A program made the position numbers and the translations under genes. The notes beneath the pieces were generated by a model that saw only the letters and a program-made list of their open reading frames with translations, was not told the origin of the DNA and did not search any database. A stretch of DNA of 64,000 bases from Takakia lepidozioides (taxonomy: Eukaryota; Plantae; Bryophyta), in assembly GCA_030704615.1 (NCBI GenBank), contig CM060733.1:30318001-30382000 (forward strand), in the 5' to 3' direction. Numbering within the stretch: the first letter of the stretch is position 1; each line of letters begins with the position of its first letter. Shown here one piece after another: positions 53,436-64,000 of this stretch.

Positions 53436-54237
53436 CATGATGAGGCCAATCCCAAGGACGATCGCGTACTGAACTCTAAGCTCTGATACCAAGTGTCGCG
53501 CACCTCACTCGGTAAGCTCCCCTTCAAGTCATAGTTACTCGCTTTGATGCGCGCGCCTGACTCCCAACCTGGCCGCCCGGGCCAACTTGGAGCTTCGGCT
53601 GCTCACCGGGACATAACGGTCCCCCTTCGCTTCCCTCTAAACCCTCCACCTCTTTGGGACTAGGAGAATTCCCTTTGGTAGATGGCAGTCCGGAACAGCT
53701 CCCCACTCTTTGGTCGCTTTCCGGCTCGCTCGCTTACTCACTAGTTTTTGGTCACCAACGGGCTTGCACCGTTCTCGGGTTACTACTCCCTATATATACT
53801 TCTGTAGCTGTCCGCGGGGTTTCATAACCAGCCATGCCATTTTATGGCGAACCACCACGAAAACCCTCGACTCCCGGTGGTGAGTCGCGGTGAGTCTTGG
53901 CCCACTCACCGCGGCCCCAATGGACCGTGATGAGTCCCAAGACTCCCCACGACTCCCACCACGAGGTCTCCGCCCCCATGGTGAGTCCTATGCCACCCCC
54001 ACTAAGTCCCACTAAGCTACCCCACCCTTGTGGAGCCACCCCACCCTTGTGGAGCCACCCCCACCGCAACCCGGTGTGCGGGGCTCCACCTAGTGAGCGC
54101 CTCCGCTTCCCTGAGTGCCTTGGGCACTCAAGGGTGCTTCAGCCCCCCCATACCTATCGCTGCCGCCGCTGCCCCCACCACAGGGGCAGCCCCTGATGTG
54201 TCCCGACCCCCTGCCCTCAAGGCAAAGGGCCGCGACA

Positions 54238-54850
54238 GATATAGATTCACCTGTGTACTATGCTAGCAGGTTGATGAACAGTGCTGAAAGGAACTATAGC
54301 ACAACGGAAAGAGAAGCATTGGCAATGATCTATGCAGTGAAGAAATTCAGGCATTACCTTTGGGCAAGAAGTTTATGTTCTATGTGGATCACCAGGCTCT
54401 GATATATTTGGTAAACAAACCTATGATAAGCGGAAGAATAGCAAGATGGTTGATAATCTTGCACGAGTTTGAGTTCGAGGTTGTTTACAAGCCTGGGAGA
54501 CTGCATCTTGTGGCGGATCACTTATCACGGTTATCAACAGGAGAACCAGCCACAGGAATAGATGATTAATTACCAGATACGAGTCTATTTGCAGTGGAGG
54601 TGTAGGGAAGTACAGATGAATGGTTAGATTGGCAGTGGCCAATCAGATACTACCTTGCTCATGGTCAGTGCCCACCTAGTTATGGTAAGGAGCAGAGGAA
54701 GAGAATCGCTATCAAAGCTTTACCTTATACTATGGTAGGAAGCAGAATGTATAAGCTAGGACCTGATGGAGTACTAAAACGATGCTTGTACCACCATGAA
54801 GTAAATAAAGTTTTGGAGGAAGTTCATAAAGGAGTGGCTGGAGGTCATTT
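54238..54850 (+). pseudogene. RNase H-linker-integrase zinc segment of the host Gypsy, locally inverted
   Basis: Plus strand reads YYASR..ERNYSTTEREALA..ADHLSR..HKGVAGGHF, whereas the host pol is on the minus strand. Confidence 0.88.
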
Positions 54851-57800
54851 TGTAACACCGCTCCCAACGCTTCTCCTGATGCATCGCAATGAACATGAAA
54901 TACTACATGCCAGTGAGGGTTAATCAGCACAGGTGTAGTTGTTACTGACAGTGTAAGTTCCTCAAAAGCCTGTTGACATTCAGCTGTCCAGGCAAACACT
55001 GCATCTTTCTTTAGAAGCTTGCTCAATGGTGCTGCTATTTGTGCATACCTTTTGACAAATCTTCTGTAATAACTGGTTTGCCCAAGGAATCTCCTTAAAC
55101 TCTTAACAATCACTGGTGGTGGAGAGGCTTTAATGGACTCTGTCTTCCTGGGATCCACAAGAAGTCCATTCTTACACACAATGTGTCCCAGAAGCACCCC
55201 TGAGTTCACACAGAAAGTACACTTCTCTGGATTCAGGCCCAGACCTCTCATCCTGCATCTGGCCAGACATAACTCCAATTTATGTAAGTGCTCATTCTTA
55301 GAGCTGTACACACTGAAATCATCCAGATACTCATGAAAAGATTCACTTATTACTCTCTGAAAGGTTGCTGGTGCATTACAAAGTCCAAAGGGCATGACTT
55401 TGTATGCATAAGCACCCCAGTCTGTGATGAAAGTTGTCTTTCCTTGATCTTCTTCTGCCACTTGCACTTGATTATAACCACTGAAACCATCCATGAATGA
55501 GTACATCTCATGGCCTGCCACAGTGTCCAATACTGCTTCTGTGAATGGCAAAGGGAAAGGATCTTTCTTCGTACAAGCATTCAGCTTCTTGTAGTTCACA
55601 CATACTCTTAGTTTACCATTCTTCTTGGGAACTATAACAATGGGTGACAACCAAGTTGTATACTCTATTGGGTATATAAACTTAGCCTCAGCCAACTTCT
55701 TAATCTCTTCTCCAACCTTCTGTGCGTAGTTGGGATTCATTCTGTACCTCGCCTGCTTGATTGGTACTGACCCTGGTTCCAGTTCAATCTTATGCTGACA
55801 GACTTCAGGTGGTATCCCTTTTAGATCCTCATAGCTCCAAGCAAATACATCTCTGTATTTGATGAACAAACTTTTAGCTTCTTCAAAGAATTCCTGCTCC
55901 AAATCAGTTCCTACTTTCACCATCCTCGGTTCCTCTTTAGTTCCCACATTCACTTCCCTCACCTGCTCATCAGCTGTGATTGTCCAACCAGTCACCACTT
56001 CATCCTGTAAGCTCACAGTGGCTGGTTCCTCTAGGATTTCCATTTCTCCTTCTCTTTCTTCATAGAAATGTGATGGGTAACTGCTGGTTTCCTCTTCAGT
56101 TGGTGTTGCTGTCACTACACCACAGCAGATACCTCTTAAACAACTTAGGTTTTTCAGCCGCATCTCTGCAACCTGCTCCCACTCTGGGTGTGCAGCAAAT
56201 AGGGTAGCTTCCTGCTCCTCATCCAGTCCTCCTTTCCAGTCATACTCTCTGACTCCTCGAGGTCTTCTCGTAGCAGGTAATCTACTAGATTTCTTTGTGG
56301 TAATTTGTATCTCGTGTATCCCATTATGCACGGTTAGTAACTGAGAATTCCAGTCATGGAATACCCTGGCCTGTTTCAGCCGGACGTCCCAATAATAAGG
56401 AGTAAGCCTCCATGACTTCATCCATCTTCAACACAGTTACTGTGATCATAAAGATCATCTTCTGTATCTGTATCTTAACTCCTCTTATTAATCCCAATGG
56501 CTGTACACTTCTTTGATCTGCCATTGTTACTGTAAATGGGGCTGGTTTCATGTTACTTAGACCAAGCTTCTTTCTTAATTGGTCTGTCATGATATTCACT
56601 CCAGAACCTCCATCTATCAGTACATCAGTTAGTTCTGTGCTTCCAATTCTCAATTGGATTACTGACATAGAATCATCAAAGTCCATGACTGTTTCTCGCC
56701 CTTCCGGCTTCACATTATAACTGGTCACCTTGCTGTTCAGGTCTGTGTTTCCTGTCTCCTGGGCAATTCGATTGATTGCTTGATACAGCCTGTGCCTACA
56801 ATAAGGTGCCACAGCTAATAGCTGTCCAATGGTAATCTCTGCTTTGGTCCGGCATATTACTTCAGCCAAAGTCTCTTCATAACTTTGCATGTCTGCATCT
56901 TCTTTCTTTCTTTCATCCTCACTCACTTCTTCTTCTCCATCAGAATCAGAGGAATCTGCCACAGGAATATCAGTACTCTTCTGCATTTCCCTTATAGTAT
57001 CTGCCACTTCCTTGTGCAGTTCCTTCTCATCTTTCCAAGTCTCTTCATCTTCAGGCATATCACTGCCATCTTCATTATCATCATCTTCCTCAGCTACTGG
57101 GAGGTTTAGTTTGGCTTTGCTTCTGGTTACTATCATTGTACTTACTTCTGGTACAACACATGGCCCAACCATGTGAGCTGCCACCACTGGGCCCTCATTC
57201 ACAGGAGCTCTCATCTCATTCTGGTGTCTTATCCAGAATGAACAGGCTGCCCTACGATGTCCTGGCTGATTACAATAGTAACATAGTTCTTCACCATTGG
57301 GTCTTCGCCCTTGGTCTGTTTCTGGATTATTTCTGTAATCCTGATTCCCAGGCTGGTAATTCCCCCTTGGATTACCCTGATAGTTGTCCTCTGGAATTTC
57401 CTTGGTAATTTCCTCTTGAATTACCTCTCCCTTCCATGCCATTGTTATAACCACCAGACCTACCATAGTGGTCCTGATCATTGTTTCTTCTTGGCTGGGG
57501 CTGCACCTGATGCACCCTTACTTGCCTAGGTTCTCTTGCAGCTGTCCTTCTGTTGTAGTAACAATTCTCAGTAGAATGGTTATCCATTTTACAGATAGTA
57601 CAATGTTTCTCCTTCATGTGGCATTCTGTGGTGGTATGGCCTTCATTCTGACACTTTGCACACCATACACCCTTCCTCCAATGTGTTGCAGCCTCTGTGG
57701 CATACTTCTTCAAGATTTCTTCCAATCTTTTTTCATAGTTATCCCTCTTCAACTTCTCCTTTCTCTTACTCTTCCTTTTTAGTTCTTGCTCTTCTTCTTC

Positions 57801-58370
57801 ATCTGACTCATCCTCAGAGTCCCCATCATCCTTTTTCTCTCTCCTGAGCATTCCCAATTGCTCAATTCTGTTTGCAGTTTCAAATGCCTCCTCCACTGTA
57901 TTATGGGGTAATATATCCACTTTCTTTTGCAACTCTGGTCGTAGTCCACTCACAAACCAAGTCTTCTGTAAACTGGGTGCTGGTACTGCAGCCAGCTTTT
58001 TCATCATCAATTCCATCTTTCCATATACTCCTCAACAGTTTCATGCTTCTTTTGCTTTAACTGTTGTAAACTTCCATACACTTCATCCTCAGTTTTACTT
58101 GTCCTGAACCTATTTCGAAATATTGTATTCAAGCCATTTCAGGTTAGGAAATGATTATCAGGGAATCTTGCATATCATTCACTTGCTTTCTTGATAAGTG
58201 AACAAGGAAACAATCTCATCTTGGCATCATCGCCATTCTCATTGTTCACTATACACATGTGCTCAAATTGGCTAATGTGTACATCGGGATCCCCTTTTCC
58301 TGAATATATTGGAAAGGGTGGTTTGCCCGTGTTGGTTGTAACGCCATCTGTGGCCCTACCTTCTGCCCAC
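54851..58370 (-). pseudogene. Host Gypsy gag-PR-RT, frameshifted
   Basis: ORFs 57372..58016, 56354..57481 and 54730..56421. Confidence 0.9.
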
Positions 58371-59785
58371 TGACAGGTGCTGGCACCCTTGCTGGTGCTG
58401 GTCCTTCTGGACCTGTTGTTTTTGTGGTGGATCTTCCACCAAGTGGTGGCCCTTGAGCACTCCCTGCTACTGGCCCCACGATATTCACAATATTCCCAGC
58501 TTCAGTTGCACTATTTCCCACACTCCCTGTCCCCCCAGAGCCAGATCCAAGCCGCCCGCCTGATCCCCCTGAGCCGACACCTTCATTGGCCTGTGATCCA
58601 AGTGCTCCACTTGATCCATTTCCAACGGGTTGGGATGTCCTGGTTGTAGTCTCAACCTCAGCTGTTGGGTCTACTTCTTCATATTCTTCCTCTTCCAATT
58701 TCTTCTCTCTGTTTTCATCCTCCAAGTTCTGCCCTTGGGTTTCTTCTTCACTCATGTAACTCAACTGTAATGGTGTTGGAGAGTCTGAACTCTCCGTTGG
58801 CTCTGCCACATCCTCTTCTCCTTCTTCACCTTCCGCTTCAGAAACTGGAGTTCGTGCTTTTGGTGTTCCATGCCAACTCTTATCAAAGATTTCTGTCAAA
58901 TCTTTTATCCAGGGATGTACCTCAGATCTTTCACCTCGTGATTGATTTTCTTCCTGTACCAATTCCCTTAATCTTTCTTGCAAAGAACAGAAGGAGTGGC
59001 ATCCAACTCTAGTTCTTCCGGTATGGGTGATGTACTCTTTGATCTTAATGGTGTGAGAGGTCCAGATGATTCCCCTATGTCTATTCCTCTCTCCCAAAGA
59101 TATGGATAATTACTTTCAGATAGCTTTCTCTTTTTGCTGAATATCTCTGGCGTCTAGCTTCTCTTTCATCACTCATGTCCCATGTCTTTCATTTCTTTTT
59201 AATGTGGCAATAACCAAAACTCTCTTCTGTAATATCTCTCGTATATGCCTGGGTTTCTTTCAAGCTTCAATGCACCCTTGGCTATACTTGAAGTCTCCGT
59301 TACCATATAACCATATGGCAAACAAGTCTGGAAAGCTGTTCTTGGTGTGAGTTTGATCCACAAAATATCCTTTGGAATCCAATTCTTTACCAGTACAAGC
59401 TCTTCATGCATATGAGTATAACATTCACTTTTCTTTCTTCCCAGCCTTCAAACTCTACTCGCTTAATGGATAGCAATGCTATCACATATACCAATGTTGG
59501 TAACCAACGTGCTCTTCCTCTACAGGCTACCTGATAAATCTTTATCACTCCTTTCTCCAGACCCCACTCAGGGTCAGCATCATGCACTCGCTTAAGAATA
59601 TTTTCTTTACAACCGTCTGGCAATTCCAAGAACCTTTGAAAGAATTGTTTGGACAATCTTTCTTCCTTCGTTCCACAGGGAATTTGATTCACTTCAAATT
59701 CTTTAATGGTCCAACCACCATGATCCCACCAGATGCCTGTCACATCTGGTTGTTCTTGACTCAGTTCCCCAGTATCGTCGCCAAA

Positions 59786-60757
59786 TGTCGCGCGGCTTTT
59801 ACTCACCCATCCCTTCGCTATCCGAGGCGGAAACTCCAAGATAGAAGAGTTGGAAATCTCTAAGTACTCAGCCCGCTCAGAACAATCAGTCATGACCTAC
59901 AGCATGGGGGTGTTTCCTATTTGTTTTCCTTTCCGCATTCATGTTAGCTACCTGGTTATTGATAATTAAGTATCAGTTTGCTTCATCAATCTATCGGATT
60001 CTATCAACTCATCCATTCATTCCACAGCTTCACTCAGATCTCTCTACACAGTGTGATTGTATCGTATAAGTATCAGATTATGATTTATCAGGTATCAGGC
60101 CGAAGCCATTGTGTCTCTAATCTGCTCTACAATATCACTACAGCTTTGCATATAACAAGCATCTACTAATCATCTCTCCTCCTTCACCGTGCTCTCCATG
60201 CTTGCTTCCGTTCCTGCTCTCCGCCCGATCCCCTCTCATGCATGACCAAGAAGTCCTCCCCCTCAAGTGCTTCCAAGAATCCCCCTTCTCAGTCCTTGTT
60301 TCTCCCTTTATCTTCTTACCCGTGGCTCTAACCGTTTCCCTCACTAACCGTCGTCCGTGAACTAACATGTTCCATTAGCAGGTGTTGTTCCCCACAGTCG
60401 TTCCCTGTCCTGCTCTCCGTTCCCTATGGTCGTGACAGCTGTGTCAAGCTGTGACTGGCTGTGTGAAACTGTGACGGGCTGTGACTGGCTGTGCGACTGT
60501 GTTTGGCTGTGTCGGGCTGTGACTGGCTGTGTGGCTGTGTCAGCTGTGACGGGCTGTGTTGGCTGTGATGGCTGTGTCGGGCTGTGACGAGCTGTGCTGA
60601 CTGTGACGGGCTGTGTTGGCTGTGACGGGCTGTGTAACCCCCCTTTATAGTGCGCTGTTGTCACCCCTAAGGCTCCTGTTGGTCTCAGTCTGTGCAAAAA
60701 TTAAGGGTACCCTACAGATCCCGTATAAGTGTCTAAGTCCCAGACAGTCCTCTAACA
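59786..60757 (-). repeat. 5' LTR of host Gypsy
   Basis: TGTCGCG...CTCTAACA, adjacent to the PBS. Confidence 0.9.
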
Positions 60758-61161
60758 TGACTGCAGTGAGAGATATCACTTGGTTCATATGACTGTAGTC
60801 ATCCGGACCGTACCATCCTATACTAATTGTATTGACTTGGTTTGCACGACTTACAGTCATAGAAGTCATATGTACCGTTTATGACTGCAGAATAGTCATA
60901 TATACAGTCATAAATACCACGATCTGTTGTAGTGGGCCTAGCTACCCTGGGTAATTGGCTGATATTTAAACTCGGAGCGGGAAGACAAACCAGTCGTGTT
61001 CAAGAATTAAATCAATCAATCAACCATCAATCAATCAGTAAACCAATCAATCAACCAGTCGGGTTGAAGAAATAAATCAAATTGCAGGTCTGGTTGAAGA
61101 ATTGATGCCACATATCATACTGTTGAAGTACCTTAGCAATAGTTTGTGTCAGGGGATGTGA

Positions 61162-61716
61162 TCAATAACTTACCAGACGTGCCTCCACAGATGTCTTCCC
61201 ACCACGACTAGTTTTTGATGGATTTTGTATACACAAATTTGCCTTCTTCATCTTGGTTGATATGGTGCTGAAACTTGGGGTTGACCAGTACGCAACAAGC
61301 CTGGTCCATTGCCCTTCGTCCACATACCAAGGTTTGCCCTCCCCTGCCTTAAACTTTGCATACAGTTCACTTCGTTGTGTCTTCAAAGCTTTACCAATGG
61401 TGTGTCGCATGTGCTCGTAGTCCAGACTGCGTGGAGTGTATGAAAAAGTGGACGCTAGCACGCGCTGGACTGCCTTAATGTCCTCCTCATCCTGCTCTTG
61501 AATGGCCAGTGATAAGTCACACAATTGAAACATCTGCCCTTTAAGAGCTGCATGCCAAGAATTGCGAGAAGAGCCTACTGGCTCCCCAAACTTGTTGACA
61601 AGAACGATCTGCGAGGGAAGGCCGAACTGCTCCCGCTCCACTTTCACCTTTGTTGCCGCTGCCTTTGCTCTCCGGTTCTGACGCCGCAGTTCATTGGCTC
61701 TGTCCTTCTTGGACAT
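61162..61716 (-). CDS. CACTA/En-Spm TnpA-like (Ptta/Transposase_24-like) exon
   Basis: FGEPVG...KPWYVDEGQWTRLVAYW....S.KMKKAN...SRGG pattern. GTAAGT donor at ~61173. Confidence 0.65.
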   Translation of the reverse strand: MSKKDRANELRRQNRRAKAAATKVKVEREQFGLPSQIVLVNKFGEPVGSSRNSWHAALKGQMFQLCDLSLAIQEQDEEDIKAVQRVLASTFSYTPRSLDYEHMRHTIGKALKTQRSELYAKFKAGEGKPWYVDEGQWTRLVAYWSTPSFSTISTKMKKANLCIQNPSKTSRGGKTSVEARLVSY

Positions 61717-62088
61717 TTCAATCGGGGGCTCGGGGATATCACTAGGGAATTCATCCAGTGGGGGCTATGACTGGAGCTGGGGAGATGTGACATAGGGCCC
61801 AGGGTAAGGGGCATAGGGTGGGTATGGCGGTCGCACATTTACCAAGAAGTCATGCAGGTCTTGGGCAGAAAATCGACCAAATGCAATAGGCCTCACTCTT
61901 GTTGCGCGTCCGGTGCATGGTTTTAGGGAATGGTTGGCTTTCACCCTCTTTTGGCATGCTACCAATGCCTCTTCCCCCTGGAATGCTAGAGAGGTCAATT
62001 CAATTGCTTCTTTTTGGCAAATGCAACCACCATATTCTCATGCACTGTGTTTGCCCCCCTGTAATAGGGTATGTATTCTTCCTTTCCA

Positions 62089-62170
62089 GACAACCAGCAG
62101 CCCAGTGGTAATGGGCACATACCACGTTGGATGTGGTTATGCTCCCTTCGGGAGGCGTCATACTTTTTTA
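62089..62170 (+). mobile_element. Internally deleted copy of the SINE at 8550
   Basis: Same 5' part (GACAACCAGC..CCCAGTGGTAATGGGCACATACC) fused directly to the 3' hairpin GCTCCCTTCGGGAGGCGTCATA. Confidence 0.85.
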
Positions 62171-63107
62171 CTTTATTCAGTGGAACCCAAACTCTCACTG
62201 ATGTCTTCCACTATGAGGATCAGAAATGCTTGGCAGCCTACCTGCATGAGGCCTTCACCCTTACACAATCGCTAGAACATTAATTGTGGTTTCAGGATTT
62301 GTTCCTCTCTCATGTTTTCTTCCATTTTGTCCCACAAGCTCTATGAGCTTTCCGCAGACGTTATAAAGTACCATTTCATTTCATTTCATTTCCTTCCTTT
62401 CCATATAGTACTTGGCAAGTACTTTCAAAATTGGGGCAATGCAACATTGCGGCAATGCAACTGTGGACGGGCAGTTTTCCTATCTAGCTGGATACTTACA
62501 CTTGACGTACACTGAGCTGGGTACTTACAGATGGAGACTCCGCAGCTGCTGGGTGTTTGTGCGAGATGGTGGCTAGGGCAGGATCACCGCCGGGCATGTC
62601 TTCGTCAGAGTCCCCGATGTACTCCATTGCAGGCACACAGAGGTCGTCGTCATCGTCATCATCAATTGCATATCTCCGTGTGGGGGGGGCCATGGACTCT
62701 ATTCTTCCACTGCGTCTTGGGGGACCAGAGGGGCGGGCTGGTGGCCGTTGTCTTGCACGCTTTGGCTTCTCTCCCACAATCCTGCATTGGACGCCCCATG
62801 GAAGGTGTTGTAAACCCTAAAGCAACCACTAGTTCCCTGAGTGTAACATGACAAAGAAAACATAATGGAGGAGATGACGAACTAATGCACCCCTCAACCC
62901 TAAAAGTGTAGCCACTTTCACGACCCGCGACATGCGGCGATCTCCCGCCCACTCCACCATGCGAGCATAACCTACACTGCGCTCTCACTCATCTCATCCT
63001 CTTCATGGTGTCTTAGGAACTCACAAAGCTACCTACATTGCATGAAATCAACCTCCGCAAGCTGCAAACCTCTGCGGAAAGAGTGACTTTGATAGTTCAA
63101 TGTGAAC

Positions 63108-63223
63108 TCACTGTCCTATGTCTTTCAGCAGCTCCGCTTCAACGAGCTTGATGCGAGCAATGTTAGCTTCTCTTAGCCTCTCATAGTCGGTAATGGGTGC
63201 AGTGGCCGCGTGCTTGACCATCG
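63108..63223 (-). CDS. Probable first exon of the TnpA-like gene
   Basis: MVKH..TDYERLREANIARI motif, common in CACTA-associated ORFs. GTGAGT donor at ~63111. Confidence 0.4.
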
Positions 63224-63316
63224 CATGAGCACATCGCCTCCCTAAACGCAACATGACGATCAAGATGTACAGAAGGGGGGGGGGGGGGGTCGAGTATGAC
63301 AGGGGATAGGCGGAGA

Positions 63317-63498
63317 ATGAGTTTGCGAGACCACAACCTGTGGAGGTTTGAGGACGCCTACGCCACAGCAAACAACCTGAAGAAAATGTTGTGTAGTTGC
63401 TCAGAGTGCCATGGTGGCAAGTGGCAGCTACGCAAGACAGTAAAGAATCACCTCCTCTTGCATCGCAGGGACCCGAACCTGAGGTACCCTACAATTCC
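63317..63498 (+). CDS. CACTA transposase-associated (TnpD N-terminal) domain exon
   Basis: LCSCSEC...TVKNHLLLH matches the CPCxxC..V..HL pattern. Confidence 0.55.
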
Positions 63499-64000
63499 GG
63501 TACGCACTCCATACTTACTCCACACGCATTTCCGACCTGATGTCTCTGCTCAAGATGGGGTCCCATTTTTTCAAATCACCGCCAGTCAGGAGCGCCAGGA
63601 CTGCCTAACAAAACACGTGTCTCACAGACGTTGGCTGTGGGGCCGTGGGTAGTCATGGCCGTGACTACACTTTATGCCGTTGGCAGTCCTAAGCACGGCT
63701 ACACCTGTTTTCACGATCACGTGACGTGTGTCCTAACCTCCACACATGCACCAAAACACTTCAAGTAAGTAGATTAACGGGGGCGTTTCAATCCTAGATT
63801 AGACTAATGTTGCGATTAGAGTTCGAGGATGAACCTCAAAGACAACCTTAGATCCGCAAGGATAAGTATTGATAATAGCCAAGCGCATTGTTGAATGGCT
63901 GAAGTGAATGAATCAAGCACAATTCCAAGAAGCAAAAAATGGCTTCGTTCCTGAACATTATTTGAACTGGCCCAAGGCATACCAGCTGACAACACTGACT

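Larger units (their letters stand above)
47223..54237 (-). mobile_element. Near-intact chromovirus Gypsy LTR retrotransposon
   Basis: LTRs 47223-47973 and 53494-54237, Met PBS 53480-53491, gag-PR-RT-RH-INT-chromodomain. Flanks GATAG / GATAT. Confidence 0.95.
43012..60757 (-). mobile_element. Non-chromovirus (Athila/Tat-like) Gypsy LTR retrotransposon with extra ORFs
   Basis: LTRs 43012-44064 and 59786-60757, TSD TGACT, PBS TGGCGACGATACTGGGGA, PPT AGGGGAAGGGG. gag (CCHC), IDGGSG protease, RT, RH and INT. Confidence 0.92.
42363..60934. mobile_element. Non-autonomous CACTA element (~0.8 kb own sequence) hosting a Gypsy insertion
   Basis: TIRs CACTACAACAGATCG / CGATCTGTTGTAGTG, TSD GGC, AGTCAT/ATGACT subterminal repeats. 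Confidence 0.9.

Noticed and set aside
63650-64000. Start of another insertion at the right edge
   Set aside because: Too little sequence to define termini.

Overview
Eukaryotic, almost entirely transposon-derived window. It is most likely from a land plant, and the GT-AG introns, B3 gene and LTR lineages suggest a seed-free one. From left to right it contains: (1) a Mutator-like DNA transposon (to ~8400) carrying a DDE/SWIM transposase, a divergently transcribed ParB/Srx-motif (DGNHR) gene, and between them ~30 near-perfect 30-bp palindromes at a strict 53-bp period; (2) a Gypsy integrase remnant with a tRNA-derived SINE inserted; (3) a truncated Copia, then a second Copia split by a ~19-kb inversion into two oppositely oriented halves that still share one TSD; (4) Mutator-, hAT- and GGG-terminus MITEs; (5) a second MULE with a Ulp1 protease, interrupted by a chromovirus Gypsy; (6) a B3-domain host gene; (7) a short LTR containing a tRNA-like sequence; (8) a nested stack on the right: a CACTA-like element with a TnpA-like exon and an FCP1/NIF-phosphatase-like exon, containing a CACTA MITE, which contains a non-chromovirus Gypsy, which contains a near-intact chromovirus Gypsy. 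The best candidate for a new system is the transposon-borne ParB-like gene plus the phased palindrome array. All family calls come from motif recognition by eye; no searches were run.
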